Source: Candidatus Doudnabacteria bacterium (lineage in GTDB: Bacteria > Patescibacteriota > Doudnabacteria > UBA920 > 2-01-FULL-46-14). Taken from it: a stretch of 64,000 nucleotides of DNA. The notes under the pieces were generated by a model that had not been told where the DNA came from, did no database searches, and saw nothing but the letters and a program-made list of their open reading frames with translations. Position numbers and translations under genes: made by a program. The stretch lies in assembly GCA_041497195.1 (NCBI GenBank), contig JBGQGB010000004.1, positions 1,770 through 65,769 on the forward strand, written 5' to 3'. Within the stretch, counting starts at the first letter, position 1. Each line of letters begins with the position of its first letter. Below, piece after piece: positions 1 to 8,945 of the stretch.

Positions 1-53
1 GCACCCCTGGCGACAAACTACGGTTCAATACCGCGACTACCACGCTTTTCTCC

Positions 54-1412
54 ATGGCAGAGTCAGGCCAGTTCATTTGTAAAGCCCTTTGTTCGTCAAG
101 CGGTGCTCCCGACTATGCCGAAATGGTTTTGGGTGGTCCGGGGGTAGAAGCAGCAGACGTGGTAGCGCTTGACCCGAGTGTAAAAGAGGGAGTAGTGAAA
201 AGTACTCAGCCCTACCAAAGCGATTTGGTTGGAATAATGTCCACTAGCCCAGGTTTTACGATTCAATCATTCAACACAGGCAGCATAGATGACCCAACCA
301 TCGGCAAACCGCTAGCTTTGGCAGGGCGCGTGCCAGTGAAAGTGACGACTGAAAATGGCCCCATCCACATAGGAGACATGCTGACTTCGTCCTCAATACC
401 GGGTATGGCGATGAAAGCGACCAAAGCAGGTCCCATAGTCGGCGAAGCTATGGAGGACTTTGCAGGGCCGGACAATGGCCGGGTGTTGGCCTTGGTGTTC
501 CATGCACATTATACCGGGGTGAAACTGACAGACCTGGTTTCGCCGCAAGACTTGCTAGCCGCCGGCTCCAGCGGCGTGGCTTTTGACAAACTGGTATTGA
601 ATCAGCTGGTGGCAAACCAGCAAAATTCAGGGACCGCGAGCACGACATTCACGAATTTGTCAGAGATCTTTGCTGATCGTATCGGAGCGGCCTTGGAAAT
701 CGTTTCCCCGCACGTGGTGACGAAGGGCTTGGTAGTCGACACGATCAGCAGCGTGGATGCAGCGATTTCTTTCATGAACGACACGATATTCTTCGGCCGG
801 CCATACTTTAATTCTGACACCGGGGGGTTCGTGGCGATTGGCCAAGGGCAAAAACAGGCCGACGTGACGTTCGACCAAGAATACCTGGATACACCTGTGG
901 TAAATGCCAGTATTTCTTTGGACAAATCAGCCAATGCCAATCAGGACGCGCAGAATGCCCAAACTTTATTTGACTACGGTCTGCAATTTGTAATTACGCA
1001 AAAGAGCACCACCGGGTTTACGATTCTTCTTAATAAACCGGCGCCGATTGATTTGAATTTCAGCTGGATTGCTCTCGCGGTCAAAAATGCGAAAGTTTTC
1101 TCCAGCAAAGACATTCCGCAGCCGCTCTCACAGCCTAGTGTCGCGGGCACTACTACTTCTGCCCCGTCAGGAGGTGGAAGTGCTACCACTCCGCCGAGTC
1201 CTCCTACTAGTCCTGCGCCAAGCAGCCCCCCGACCGCGACTTCTACTCCCACTTCAGCAGCAGTTCCTCCTGCCACGAGCAGCAGCCCCCCCACCAGCTC
1301 CAGCGCCCCCACAACCTCGCCTCCAGTCATACCTCCGGCGAGCATAGACACTGGGGCTTCGGCGCCAACTGTACCTGTAAGTGCGGCGACTTCCACTCCG
1401 ATCAGTCCATAG
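54..1412 (+). CDS. hypothetical secreted/surface protein, possibly 5'-truncated by the window edge; S/T/P-rich low-complexity C-terminal tail
   Basis: ORF 54..1412. The reading frame is open back to nt 3, so the true start may lie upstream of the window. The last ~100 aa are almost pure P/S/T/A (PSGGGSATTPPSPPTSPAPSSPP...). No catalytic motif recognised. Confidence 0.4.
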   Translation: MAESGQFICKALCSSSGAPDYAEMVLGGPGVEAADVVALDPSVKEGVVKSTQPYQSDLVGIMSTSPGFTIQSFNTGSIDDPTIGKPLALAGRVPVKVTTENGPIHIGDMLTSSSIPGMAMKATKAGPIVGEAMEDFAGPDNGRVLALVFHAHYTGVKLTDLVSPQDLLAAGSSGVAFDKLVLNQLVANQQNSGTASTTFTNLSEIFADRIGAALEIVSPHVVTKGLVVDTISSVDAAISFMNDTIFFGRPYFNSDTGGFVAIGQGQKQADVTFDQEYLDTPVVNASISLDKSANANQDAQNAQTLFDYGLQFVITQKSTTGFTILLNKPAPIDLNFSWIALAVKNAKVFSSKDIPQPLSQPSVAGTTTSAPSGGGSATTPPSPPTSPAPSSPPTATSTPTSAAVPPATSSSPPTSSSAPTTSPPVIPPASIDTGASAPTVPVSAATSTPISP

Positions 1413-1480
1413 CCATATTGTAAGTGGGAAGAAAATTTTGCTATAATTAAATAGATTTACTTGCGGTCGGACAAACGGAT

Positions 1481-2479
1481 ATGACATTGTTTTCTGCTTC
1501 AAAAAAAGTTCTTTTACTAGCGTTGCCATTCGCCTTTGGAATCGGAGTGGGGATATGGGGATACTCCAATGTTTTGAGCAAATCCTCAAACAGTTATTTT
1601 CAGGAGATCCGCGGCGGCGGCCAGCGTTTCACCAATCCGTTATTGGATTGTCAAGCGGGTAAAGATTATTTAAATTCGCTCGAACCTTTTAAAAATCACC
1701 TGACCCGGTTTTTGCAAGATGTCACAGTAAAAAACCATCTTAGCACAATGGCGACTTATTTCCGTGATTTGAACGATGGCCCGTGGTTTGGCATAAATGC
1801 ATCGGCGCTATTTAGTCCAGCCAGTCTGTTGAAAGTGCCGGTGATGATGGCGCTTTTCAAGCAAGCCGAGACTGATCCCGGACTTCTACAAAAAAAGGTC
1901 CGCTATACCGGGGACAGCACCAAATATTCTTATACCTACCCGCCCGCAAAAAATCTGGTTGTTGGCCAGGAATATACTGTTGATGAGTTGATTAGTCAGA
2001 TGATTATTTATTCTGATAATGCTGCCAAAGACTTTTTATTCCAGTACGTCAGCGATGAGCAGATTAAAGGAGTTTACGCGCAGGTCGGAGTGGAGGTCCC
2101 AAATGACCTGACCGGAACAGATCTGGACGTTACGTCGTATGCTTCGTTTTTCCGGATTCTCTACAATGCTTCTTATTTGGGAGTGGATATGTCGGAAAAA
2201 GCTTTGAATTTGTTACATCAGTCAACTTTTCACGACGGCCTTGTGGCCGGGGTGCCAGCGAATATTGTGGTGGCACATAAATTTGGGGAACGGGTGGCCG
2301 AGACCCCAGGCTTGCAGATAGGAGAAAAGCAACTGCATGATTGCGGCGTAGTCTATTATCCAAAAAATCCTTACCTGCTTTGCATGATGACTCGCGGCAG
2401 TGACTTCTCGAATCTCAGTGCAGCCATTCAGCAAGTTTCCCAAGCAGTGTATCAAGAAGTGGATAAGCAGAATCAATAA
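1481..2479 (+). CDS. class A beta-lactamase-like serine hydrolase with N-terminal membrane anchor
   Basis: N-terminal hydrophobic helix (LLLALPFAFGIGVGIW). S-x-x-K (SLLK), S-D-N (YSDNAAKDF) and a KTG-like HKFG box occur in the order expected for the class A beta-lactamase/PBP-like fold. Confidence 0.5.
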   Translation: MTLFSASKKVLLLALPFAFGIGVGIWGYSNVLSKSSNSYFQEIRGGGQRFTNPLLDCQAGKDYLNSLEPFKNHLTRFLQDVTVKNHLSTMATYFRDLNDGPWFGINASALFSPASLLKVPVMMALFKQAETDPGLLQKKVRYTGDSTKYSYTYPPAKNLVVGQEYTVDELISQMIIYSDNAAKDFLFQYVSDEQIKGVYAQVGVEVPNDLTGTDLDVTSYASFFRILYNASYLGVDMSEKALNLLHQSTFHDGLVAGVPANIVVAHKFGERVAETPGLQIGEKQLHDCGVVYYPKNPYLLCMMTRGSDFSNLSAAIQQVSQAVYQEVDKQNQ

Positions 2480-2504
2480 GATTTTTAAAATATTTCAAAT
2501 TTCT

Positions 2505-2987
2505 ATGGATGAAACAAAACCGGAGACAAAAATTGAGGAAAAGCCCGTTGCTACTAGTGCGGGCAAGAACAAAATGTTCATTGGGCTAGTTGTTCTCTTG
2601 GTCGCCGTTACATTGGCGGCTGCGGGATTCGCGTTTTATTACTATCAGAAGTTCAATACTCTGAAGGCTGACCCCCAGAGTCTGGCGGATCAGGAAACCC
2701 AGGCCCTGATCAATCGAGTCTCGCAAATCATTGTGTTGCCGACGAACGAACAGCCGACCATTGCCACAGTCGCCGACCCCTCGCAGCTCCAGGATCAGCC
2801 GTTTTTTGCCAAAGCCAAGCAGGGTGATAAAGTTCTGATTTATACCAATGCCCGCAAGGCTATCCTTTATGATCCAGTCCTAAACAAGATTGTGGAAGTG
2901 GCCCCTTTGAGCATCGGCAATAGTTTTGCCGGCGGGACCAGCCCCACCCCACCCGCACCCGCGCCAACCCCTGCAAAAAAGAAGTAA
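2505..2987 (+). CDS. hypothetical membrane-anchored protein with PAPAPTPAKKK tail
   Basis: The ORF track start (2400) overlaps the upstream gene. An internal ATG at 2505 (MDETKPE...) is followed by one TM helix (MFIGLVVLLVAVTLAAAGFAFYYY). Pro/Ala-rich C-terminus. Confidence 0.4.
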   Translation: MDETKPETKIEEKPVATSAGKNKMFIGLVVLLVAVTLAAAGFAFYYYQKFNTLKADPQSLADQETQALINRVSQIIVLPTNEQPTIATVADPSQLQDQPFFAKAKQGDKVLIYTNARKAILYDPVLNKIVEVAPLSIGNSFAGGTSPTPPAPAPTPAKKK

Positions 2988-3109
2988 AGAGTACTTTGGA
3001 TAAAAAGCCTGCTGGTCGGGCGTTGGGGCAACAATCATTTCGTAGATTTTTGAGCGCTCGAATTATCGTATTTTCCCCTAAAGCCCAAATATTGGATCAG
3101 CCTAATCAT

Positions 3110-4498
3110 ATGCAAATTTTCCTCAAATCCAGAGTCAAAAAAACTTTAATCCCGGTGTTGGTGATTATTTTGGTGGTGGCTATAGTTTATGGTCTGAGCC
3201 GGACTCCCCAGGCCCAGGCTCAAGTCACTATTTCTTCTTCCGGCACAGTCACGAACGCCACGGGCCGGGGAGACCAAAACCATCTGATTTATGCGGTGAA
3301 TGACGCGGCGTGGTGGATGTTTTATATAGATAGCACGGACAACACTTTGATGCGTACCCAGCGCTCCACAGGCCTGTCGACCTGGGTCGCGGGTGCCACC
3401 TTGACACTGCTGAAGAAACACAATAGCGATGGGGCCAACTTTGCCGTGGCCTATGCCAATATCTCCAGTAACGACGTGGTGCACGTGGCGATTTTTTACT
3501 GCTTGCTCGCCGGTGGCAATCCTTGCGATGCGGTCACCGCGAGTACTGACCGGGAAGAAAATCATGTCCGCGCCACTATTTCCGGGGGGACGCTGACTTG
3601 GGGTACGGAGAGTCATTTGGAAACCCTGGCTACTTCCGACACCTCCCATACCAGAGACGGGGTCTCAGTGGCGTACGATAGCAGCAACAAGATTTTCCAG
3701 AGTGGGGGCTGGTTCAACGATACCAGTCCATGTATTTTCGGCGATATGAAAGGAGCGGTCTCCACAAACGCTGACGCCGGCTCAAGCTGGACTGCCGGAT
3801 TCGGGGCTTCACAATGTATTAACGGCACAGGCAATACCCAAAGGCATTCAGTGATGGCCAGTTTAGGCTCGGGCAATATGGTCATAGTGACGACGAATGC
3901 AGGCAGCGGCACTTTCACTGATTTGGACTACGTCAAATACTCCGGGAATTGGGGTTCAGGGTCAGCCACTTCCATAAGAGGCAGTGTGTTTTCTCCGGCC
4001 CAAGACCAAAATGATTTTGGGGCGGTGCGGATCAGTAATACAAATGTCGAGCTGGTCATGAAGACGGGAACCAATACGTTTGAGCTATGGTCATATGACG
4101 GGAACACCACCTGGACTCACAAGACTGACCCTGCCACCCAGAACACTGTGGCGGCTTCGGGCATATTTCTGGCTACTGACAACACAGATTTTTGGCTGTT
4201 TATCATTGATTCTGACGCGGCCAATACCCTTCGCTATAATAAATACACTGTGGCCACCGACAGTTGGGGCGGCTGGACGGCTTTTGAAACTACCACTCAA
4301 ACGAGAAACTGGATCTCTGGTTATCAGCTGGTGTCCACCAACCAGATTGCCGTGATTTGGTCGCAGACCAATGGCTCGAATTTTGACATAGTCGTGGAAG
4401 CGCTCAGCTTGGGCGGGGCCGCAGCGCGCGCTGCCGGCACGGCGAGCGAGAAAGTCAGAGGCGGGACAAAAGTCAGAGGCGGGGTGAAATTCCGTTGA
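3110..4498 (+). CDS. secreted BNR/Asp-box repeat protein (sialidase-like beta-propeller), function unknown
   Basis: Probable start at ATG 3110 (MQIFLKSRVKK followed by a TM/signal helix). Several Asp-box-like repeats S/x-D-x-G-x-T-W (GGTLTWGTES, ADAGSSWTAG, YDGNTTWTHK, TDSWGGWTAF). Confidence 0.45.
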   Translation: MQIFLKSRVKKTLIPVLVIILVVAIVYGLSRTPQAQAQVTISSSGTVTNATGRGDQNHLIYAVNDAAWWMFYIDSTDNTLMRTQRSTGLSTWVAGATLTLLKKHNSDGANFAVAYANISSNDVVHVAIFYCLLAGGNPCDAVTASTDREENHVRATISGGTLTWGTESHLETLATSDTSHTRDGVSVAYDSSNKIFQSGGWFNDTSPCIFGDMKGAVSTNADAGSSWTAGFGASQCINGTGNTQRHSVMASLGSGNMVIVTTNAGSGTFTDLDYVKYSGNWGSGSATSIRGSVFSPAQDQNDFGAVRISNTNVELVMKTGTNTFELWSYDGNTTWTHKTDPATQNTVAASGIFLATDNTDFWLFIIDSDAANTLRYNKYTVATDSWGGWTAFETTTQTRNWISGYQLVSTNQIAVIWSQTNGSNFDIVVEALSLGGAAARAAGTASEKVRGGTKVRGGVKFR

Positions 4499-4610
4499 GA
4501 GGCGAGTGAGCTCTGGGGTGAGGAACCATTCGCAGGGGAAAACGGTAGCAAATTAATATTGAAAAACGCGTGTGCCAATTTTTTTATCAAATCGCGCGAT
4601 TTTTTTTCAT

Positions 4611-4639
4611 TTGACTTATTCGTCATTTTTTGCTATAAT
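4611..4639 (+). promoter_or_regulatory. sigma70-like promoter (TTGACT-17nt-TATAAT)
   Basis: TTGACT at 4611-4616, 17-nt spacer, TATAAT at 4634-4639, directly upstream of the small membrane-protein ORF. Confidence 0.5.
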
Positions 4640-4688
4640 ATCAGTACAAGAATCAAATCTTGGTCTAGAAACAAAAATAAAAAAGAAT

Positions 4689-5135
4689 ATGTTTAAGAAT
4701 GAAAAGCGGATTTCTCGGCGTGTCCAGCCGACTGTCTGGGAATCTCTGAACGAGCCTGTGGCGGATGTTTCTGCCGGTTTTGCCGAGTTTATGGCCTGCG
4801 TGGCCTTGTTTCTTTTGTTGGTCGCCTGGGTGGCACCGCACTGGACTCTGGTGCAAAGCAAACTCCCAGAATTTACCTATTCTTCTTCGCCTTTAGTAAA
4901 TCCTTTTGGGGCGCAAGTGGCTGGGGCGCAGATCGTAAATCCGGCCGATGTTTCGGTTCCTATAGCATATGCAGTTGCGGTTTCTCTGCCTGGCGACGTA
5001 GCTACGGCTTTCAGCACTGCGGCGACTCAGGTTTTGGATATTTCCGTGCCGGTGACCCAGGTGGTGGATTTTTATTCCCCTGGGGTGCAGGCAGTGAATG
5101 ATGCCTGGCTGGATTTGATGAAAGATCCATATTAA
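4689..5135 (+). CDS. hypothetical small membrane protein
   Basis: ORF track 4572..5135 begins upstream of the promoter -10 element. The in-frame ATG at 4689 (MFKNEKRISRR...) lies downstream of the promoter. One hydrophobic helix (FMACVALFLLLVAWVAP). Confidence 0.35.
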   Translation: MFKNEKRISRRVQPTVWESLNEPVADVSAGFAEFMACVALFLLLVAWVAPHWTLVQSKLPEFTYSSSPLVNPFGAQVAGAQIVNPADVSVPIAYAVAVSLPGDVATAFSTAATQVLDISVPVTQVVDFYSPGVQAVNDAWLDLMKDPY

Positions 5136-5200
5136 TTTGCAAAATCCCTTTCTTCCTCAAAAATCTGGAGAAATCCAGGTTTTTTTGTTAAACTAGCCTT

Positions 5201-8161
5201 ATGTTTCAAACAGTCGAACCACATCCTGATTTTTCCAAAATGGAAGAAGAAATTCTGAGGTTTTGGGAAGAACAGAAAATTTTTACAAAAACTTTGACCG
5301 CCACGGAAAAAGGCAAGCCCTTTACTTTTTATGACGGGCCGCCTTTTGCCACCGGCCTGCCCCACTATGGGCATATTCTCGCTTCGACCATCAAAGACCT
5401 GGTGCCGCGGTATCAGACCATGAACGGTCGGTTTGTGAGGCGGCGGTGGGGCTGGGATTGCCACGGTTTGCCGATTGAGGAGATTGTCGAGCGCAAGCTG
5501 AAGATTTCCGGGAAGAAACAAATCGAGGCGATTGGGATCAAAAAATTTAACGAAACATGCCGCAGCATGGTCCTGGAGTTTGTCGAAGAGTGGGGGAAGA
5601 TGGTGCGGCGCATGGGGCGGTGGGTGGATTTTGAGAACTCCTACAAGACCATGGACCGGGACTATATGGAATCAGTGTGGTGGGGGTTCAAGCAGATTTA
5701 CGAAAAGGACTTGGTCTACGAGGGGCGTAAAGTTTTGTTGTATTGCCCGCGCTGCGAAACGCCGGTGTCAAACTTTGAGGTGGCCATGGACAACAGCTAC
5801 CAGGACGTGACCGAAGAGGCGGTGACAGTGAAGTTCAAAGTAAAAGACCAAGAGAATACCTATCTGCTGGCTTGGACGACTACACCATGGACACTACCGG
5901 GGAACGTAGGACTGGCTGTGGGCAAAAATATTGTTTATGTAAAAATTGAAGTTTTCGATTTTTCTCCCAAAAAAGCTGAGTTTAAAGGAACCGTGCTTGA
6001 GGGAACAGAACCGACAATTGTTAAAATGTTGAAAAATTATTTTATTCTCGCCAAAGAGCGACTTTCAGTGGTTGAGAATAAATATAAAATTATTAAAGAA
6101 ATAAATAGTAAAGATTTAGTTGGTTGGGAATATGAGCCGCTCTTTGTTGTGCCGGAAATGAAGTCAGAAAAGTCATACAAAGTTTATGCTGCGGATTTTG
6201 TGAACACTGAAGAGGGGACAGGCATCGTTCATACGGCTGTGGTTTATGGTGAGGACGATTACAATTTAGGCCTCAAAGAAGGCTTGCCAGTGGTGCCTCT
6301 TCTGGATGAAAAAGGGGTTTTCAATGACCAAGCGCCTGAGCTCGTACGGGGCAAATATTTCAAGGACTCGGAACAGGCAATCAGAGACGATTTGGCGAAA
6401 CGGGGCCTCCTTTTCAAAACGGAAATGCACCAGCACTCGTATCCGCATTGCTGGCGCTGCGGCACAATGCTGTATTACAACGCGATTCCAGCCTGGTTTA
6501 TCAATATTCAAAAGATTAAGAAGAAACTTCTGGCCTCGAATAAAAAAGAAATCAATTGGTTTCCCGAGCACTTGAAGTTTGGCCGCTACGCCAAGAGCGT
6601 CGAAGCGGCTCCCGACTGGAACATCTCCCGCAATCGTTATTGGGGCAATCCGATCCCAGTGTGGAAATGCGACAAATGCGGGCAAGTCACAGTCATCGGT
6701 AGCATCAAAGAGTTGAAAGCCGCCGCCATCTCGGGATTTAGTGATGATTTGGATTTGCACCGGCCGTATATTGATGAAGTCGTGGTAAAATGCGCGCACT
6801 GCGGCAATCCGGCGCACCGCACCCCCGAGATTTTTGATTCCTGGGTGGAGGCGGCCTCGATGCCGTTTGCCGAGTATCATTATCCTTTTGAAAACAAGGC
6901 GGTTTTTGAGTCCCGGTTTCCCGCGCAGTTCGTGGCCGAATACATCGCTCAGACTAGAGCGTGGTTTTACGTGATGCACGTGGTCTCCGAGGTTTTGTTT
7001 GAAAGAGCGCCTTTTGAGAACGTAGTCACCACAGGCACAATTCTCGCTGAAGACGGGTCCAAGATGAGCAAGTCCAAAAACAATTATCCGGATCCGTGGC
7101 TGGTCATAGAAAAATACGGAGTAGACAGTTTGCGCTTTTATTTGATGAGTTCGGCGGTGATGCAGGCGGACAATCTCAATTTCAATGAAGGGGACCTAGC
7201 CAGCGTCAATCGGAAAGTTTTTCGTATCCTTTGGAATGTCTACAATTATTTCGTGACTTATGCCAACGAAGCGCAGTGGCAGTTCGATCCGAAATTTTCT
7301 CCCGCAGAAAGCAAAAAATCAAAAAATTTGCTCGATCAGTGGATCAACATCAGGCTGCAGGAGCTCATAAATAATGCTTCAGACTATTATGACCGGTATG
7401 ATATGGTCCGGGTTACGCGCGAACTGGAAAAATTCATCGACGACGACCTGTCCACATGGTATCTGCGGCGCAGCCGGGGGAGACAGGACAACGCTTTTTT
7501 TGCGACCTTTTATCGCGCGCTCATCTATGTGAGTAAACTTTTGGCACCAGTGGCGCCTTATACCGCCGAACATATTTATCAAAATCTCCACCACCCGGAC
7601 TATCCTGAATCAGTCCATTTGGACAAGTGGCCGGAAGCAAAAAAGCTGACCGTCCACCAGGACGAGGTCCTAAAAAATATGTCCCTCGCCCGAGCGGAAC
7701 TCGAAAAGGTCCATGCCGAACGCGCGAAGGCAGGCATACCGCTGCGCCAGCCGCTTTCAATCCTTGGCACCATGGTCAGAGTTATTGTCGAGGATCCGGA
7801 TTTGAAGGCAATCGTCCAGGAGGAAGCCAACGTGCGCGAAGTAAGGTTCGATACAGCTTTTAATTTGAATACAGAGATTTCCGATGAGCTAAAAATTGCC
7901 GGCCTCACCCGCGTACTGGAGCGGCAAATCAATCAACTTCGTAAAGAAGCAGGCCTCAAGATTGGCCAAAGGGTTGATTTAGCATACCGTACGGATTCTG
8001 CTAAAATAAAAGAAGCTTTGACCCAGATTGACCGCAAGAAGACTTATATTGAAAATCTCACAGCAGAGGGTTTCCCCGGAGAGGCTGATTTCGAGAAAGA
8101 GGTTGTGATTGAAGGAGACAAGGTTGGTTTTCAAATCAAAGTGAGAAACCAAAAATTTTAG
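5201..8161 (+). CDS. ileS: isoleucyl-tRNA synthetase
   Basis: HIGH-type motif PHYGHIL, KMSKS motif (SKMSKSKNNYPDP) and CP1 editing-domain zinc knuckles (CPRCETP, CWRCGT). 986 aa. Confidence 0.95.
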   Translation: MFQTVEPHPDFSKMEEEILRFWEEQKIFTKTLTATEKGKPFTFYDGPPFATGLPHYGHILASTIKDLVPRYQTMNGRFVRRRWGWDCHGLPIEEIVERKLKISGKKQIEAIGIKKFNETCRSMVLEFVEEWGKMVRRMGRWVDFENSYKTMDRDYMESVWWGFKQIYEKDLVYEGRKVLLYCPRCETPVSNFEVAMDNSYQDVTEEAVTVKFKVKDQENTYLLAWTTTPWTLPGNVGLAVGKNIVYVKIEVFDFSPKKAEFKGTVLEGTEPTIVKMLKNYFILAKERLSVVENKYKIIKEINSKDLVGWEYEPLFVVPEMKSEKSYKVYAADFVNTEEGTGIVHTAVVYGEDDYNLGLKEGLPVVPLLDEKGVFNDQAPELVRGKYFKDSEQAIRDDLAKRGLLFKTEMHQHSYPHCWRCGTMLYYNAIPAWFINIQKIKKKLLASNKKEINWFPEHLKFGRYAKSVEAAPDWNISRNRYWGNPIPVWKCDKCGQVTVIGSIKELKAAAISGFSDDLDLHRPYIDEVVVKCAHCGNPAHRTPEIFDSWVEAASMPFAEYHYPFENKAVFESRFPAQFVAEYIAQTRAWFYVMHVVSEVLFERAPFENVVTTGTILAEDGSKMSKSKNNYPDPWLVIEKYGVDSLRFYLMSSAVMQADNLNFNEGDLASVNRKVFRILWNVYNYFVTYANEAQWQFDPKFSPAESKKSKNLLDQWINIRLQELINNASDYYDRYDMVRVTRELEKFIDDDLSTWYLRRSRGRQDNAFFATFYRALIYVSKLLAPVAPYTAEHIYQNLHHPDYPESVHLDKWPEAKKLTVHQDEVLKNMSLARAELEKVHAERAKAGIPLRQPLSILGTMVRVIVEDPDLKAIVQEEANVREVRFDTAFNLNTEISDELKIAGLTRVLERQINQLRKEAGLKIGQRVDLAYRTDSAKIKEALTQIDRKKTYIENLTAEGFPGEADFEKEVVIEGDKVGFQIKVRNQKF

Positions 8162-8170
8162 CATCCTGCT

Positions 8171-8926
8171 ATGTATCAAAAATACACCGGAGTAATTTTG
8201 AAAAAATACCCGCTGGGCGAAGCGGATGATTTGTTGACCATTTACACGAGGGAAGCCGGCAAGCTGAGGGTAAAGGCAGTGGGCAGTCGCAAGATCCGCA
8301 GCCGCCTGGCCGGAATTTTGCAAAGCCTCAATGAAATCGATTTTGAAACGGCTGGGCGTCATTCTTCCCGGCGAAGCCCCGGCCGGGACGGTTTGCCAGT
8401 CTTGATTTCTGCGAGAGCCCGCGCCATTAACAGTTACTTGCGGGAAAATCTAAAAAAGTTCGCTTACGCGCTTGTCGGCATCGAGACCCTCTACCGCCTC
8501 GCTTCCGATTATCAGGAAAACGGCGAGGCGTATGCTGGCTTGGTCCAGTTTTTGCAAGATTTGGGAGAAGTACAGGAAGAAAAATTGTCAGTCCGGCGTT
8601 TTCAGCTGCATCTTTTGCAGATCTCCGGGTTCCGCTTGCCGGTGGAGCAGTGCCTGAATTGCGGCGTCCGGTTTCCCGACAGCGGCAGTGCTTATTTCGC
8701 TTCAGAGAAAGGCGGTTTCTTTTGTCCCAGCTGCAGCCACCGCGAGAAAATCGAAGTCCTGCTCAACGCCGAAAGTATCGGACAGCTACAGGATTTGGGA
8801 GCAGGCCGAATGGTGAAGGAACTAAATCCGGAAACAGAGCTGACCATCGAGGGATTTCTGAACTACGTTTTGGAGCGAGAGATAAAGTCTAACGGTTTTT
8901 TGAGAACTCTAAACCAAGAAGCCTAG
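8171..8926 (+). CDS. recO: DNA repair protein RecO
   Basis: N-terminal OB-fold region (YQKYTGVILKKYPLGEADDLLTIYTREAGKLRV) and C-terminal Cys4 zinc motif (CLNCG...CPSC) typical of RecO. 251 aa. Confidence 0.8.
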   Translation: MYQKYTGVILKKYPLGEADDLLTIYTREAGKLRVKAVGSRKIRSRLAGILQSLNEIDFETAGRHSSRRSPGRDGLPVLISARARAINSYLRENLKKFAYALVGIETLYRLASDYQENGEAYAGLVQFLQDLGEVQEEKLSVRRFQLHLLQISGFRLPVEQCLNCGVRFPDSGSAYFASEKGGFFCPSCSHREKIEVLLNAESIGQLQDLGAGRMVKELNPETELTIEGFLNYVLEREIKSNGFLRTLNQEA

Positions 8927-8945
8927 GTTTTTTTAAATTTTTTTT

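Noticed and set aside
4572-5200. Possible T-box leader upstream of ileS (hairpin CTGGAgaaaTCCAG plus a T7 run 28 nt before the ATG)
   Set aside because: No GGGTGGNACCG T-box element or specifier-loop candidate in the upstream 400 nt. The stem is only 5 bp. More likely a weak terminator/attenuator of the upstream small gene.
6266-6979. 237-aa minus-strand ORF inside ileS; also 43798..44724 (-) inside gatA, 47074..47832 (+) inside miaA, 54420..55127 (+) inside dnaE, 57991..58698 (-) inside rplY, 13305..13694 (-) inside uvrD
   Set aside because: All are antisense to confidently identified housekeeping genes and show no motifs. Treated as frame shadows.
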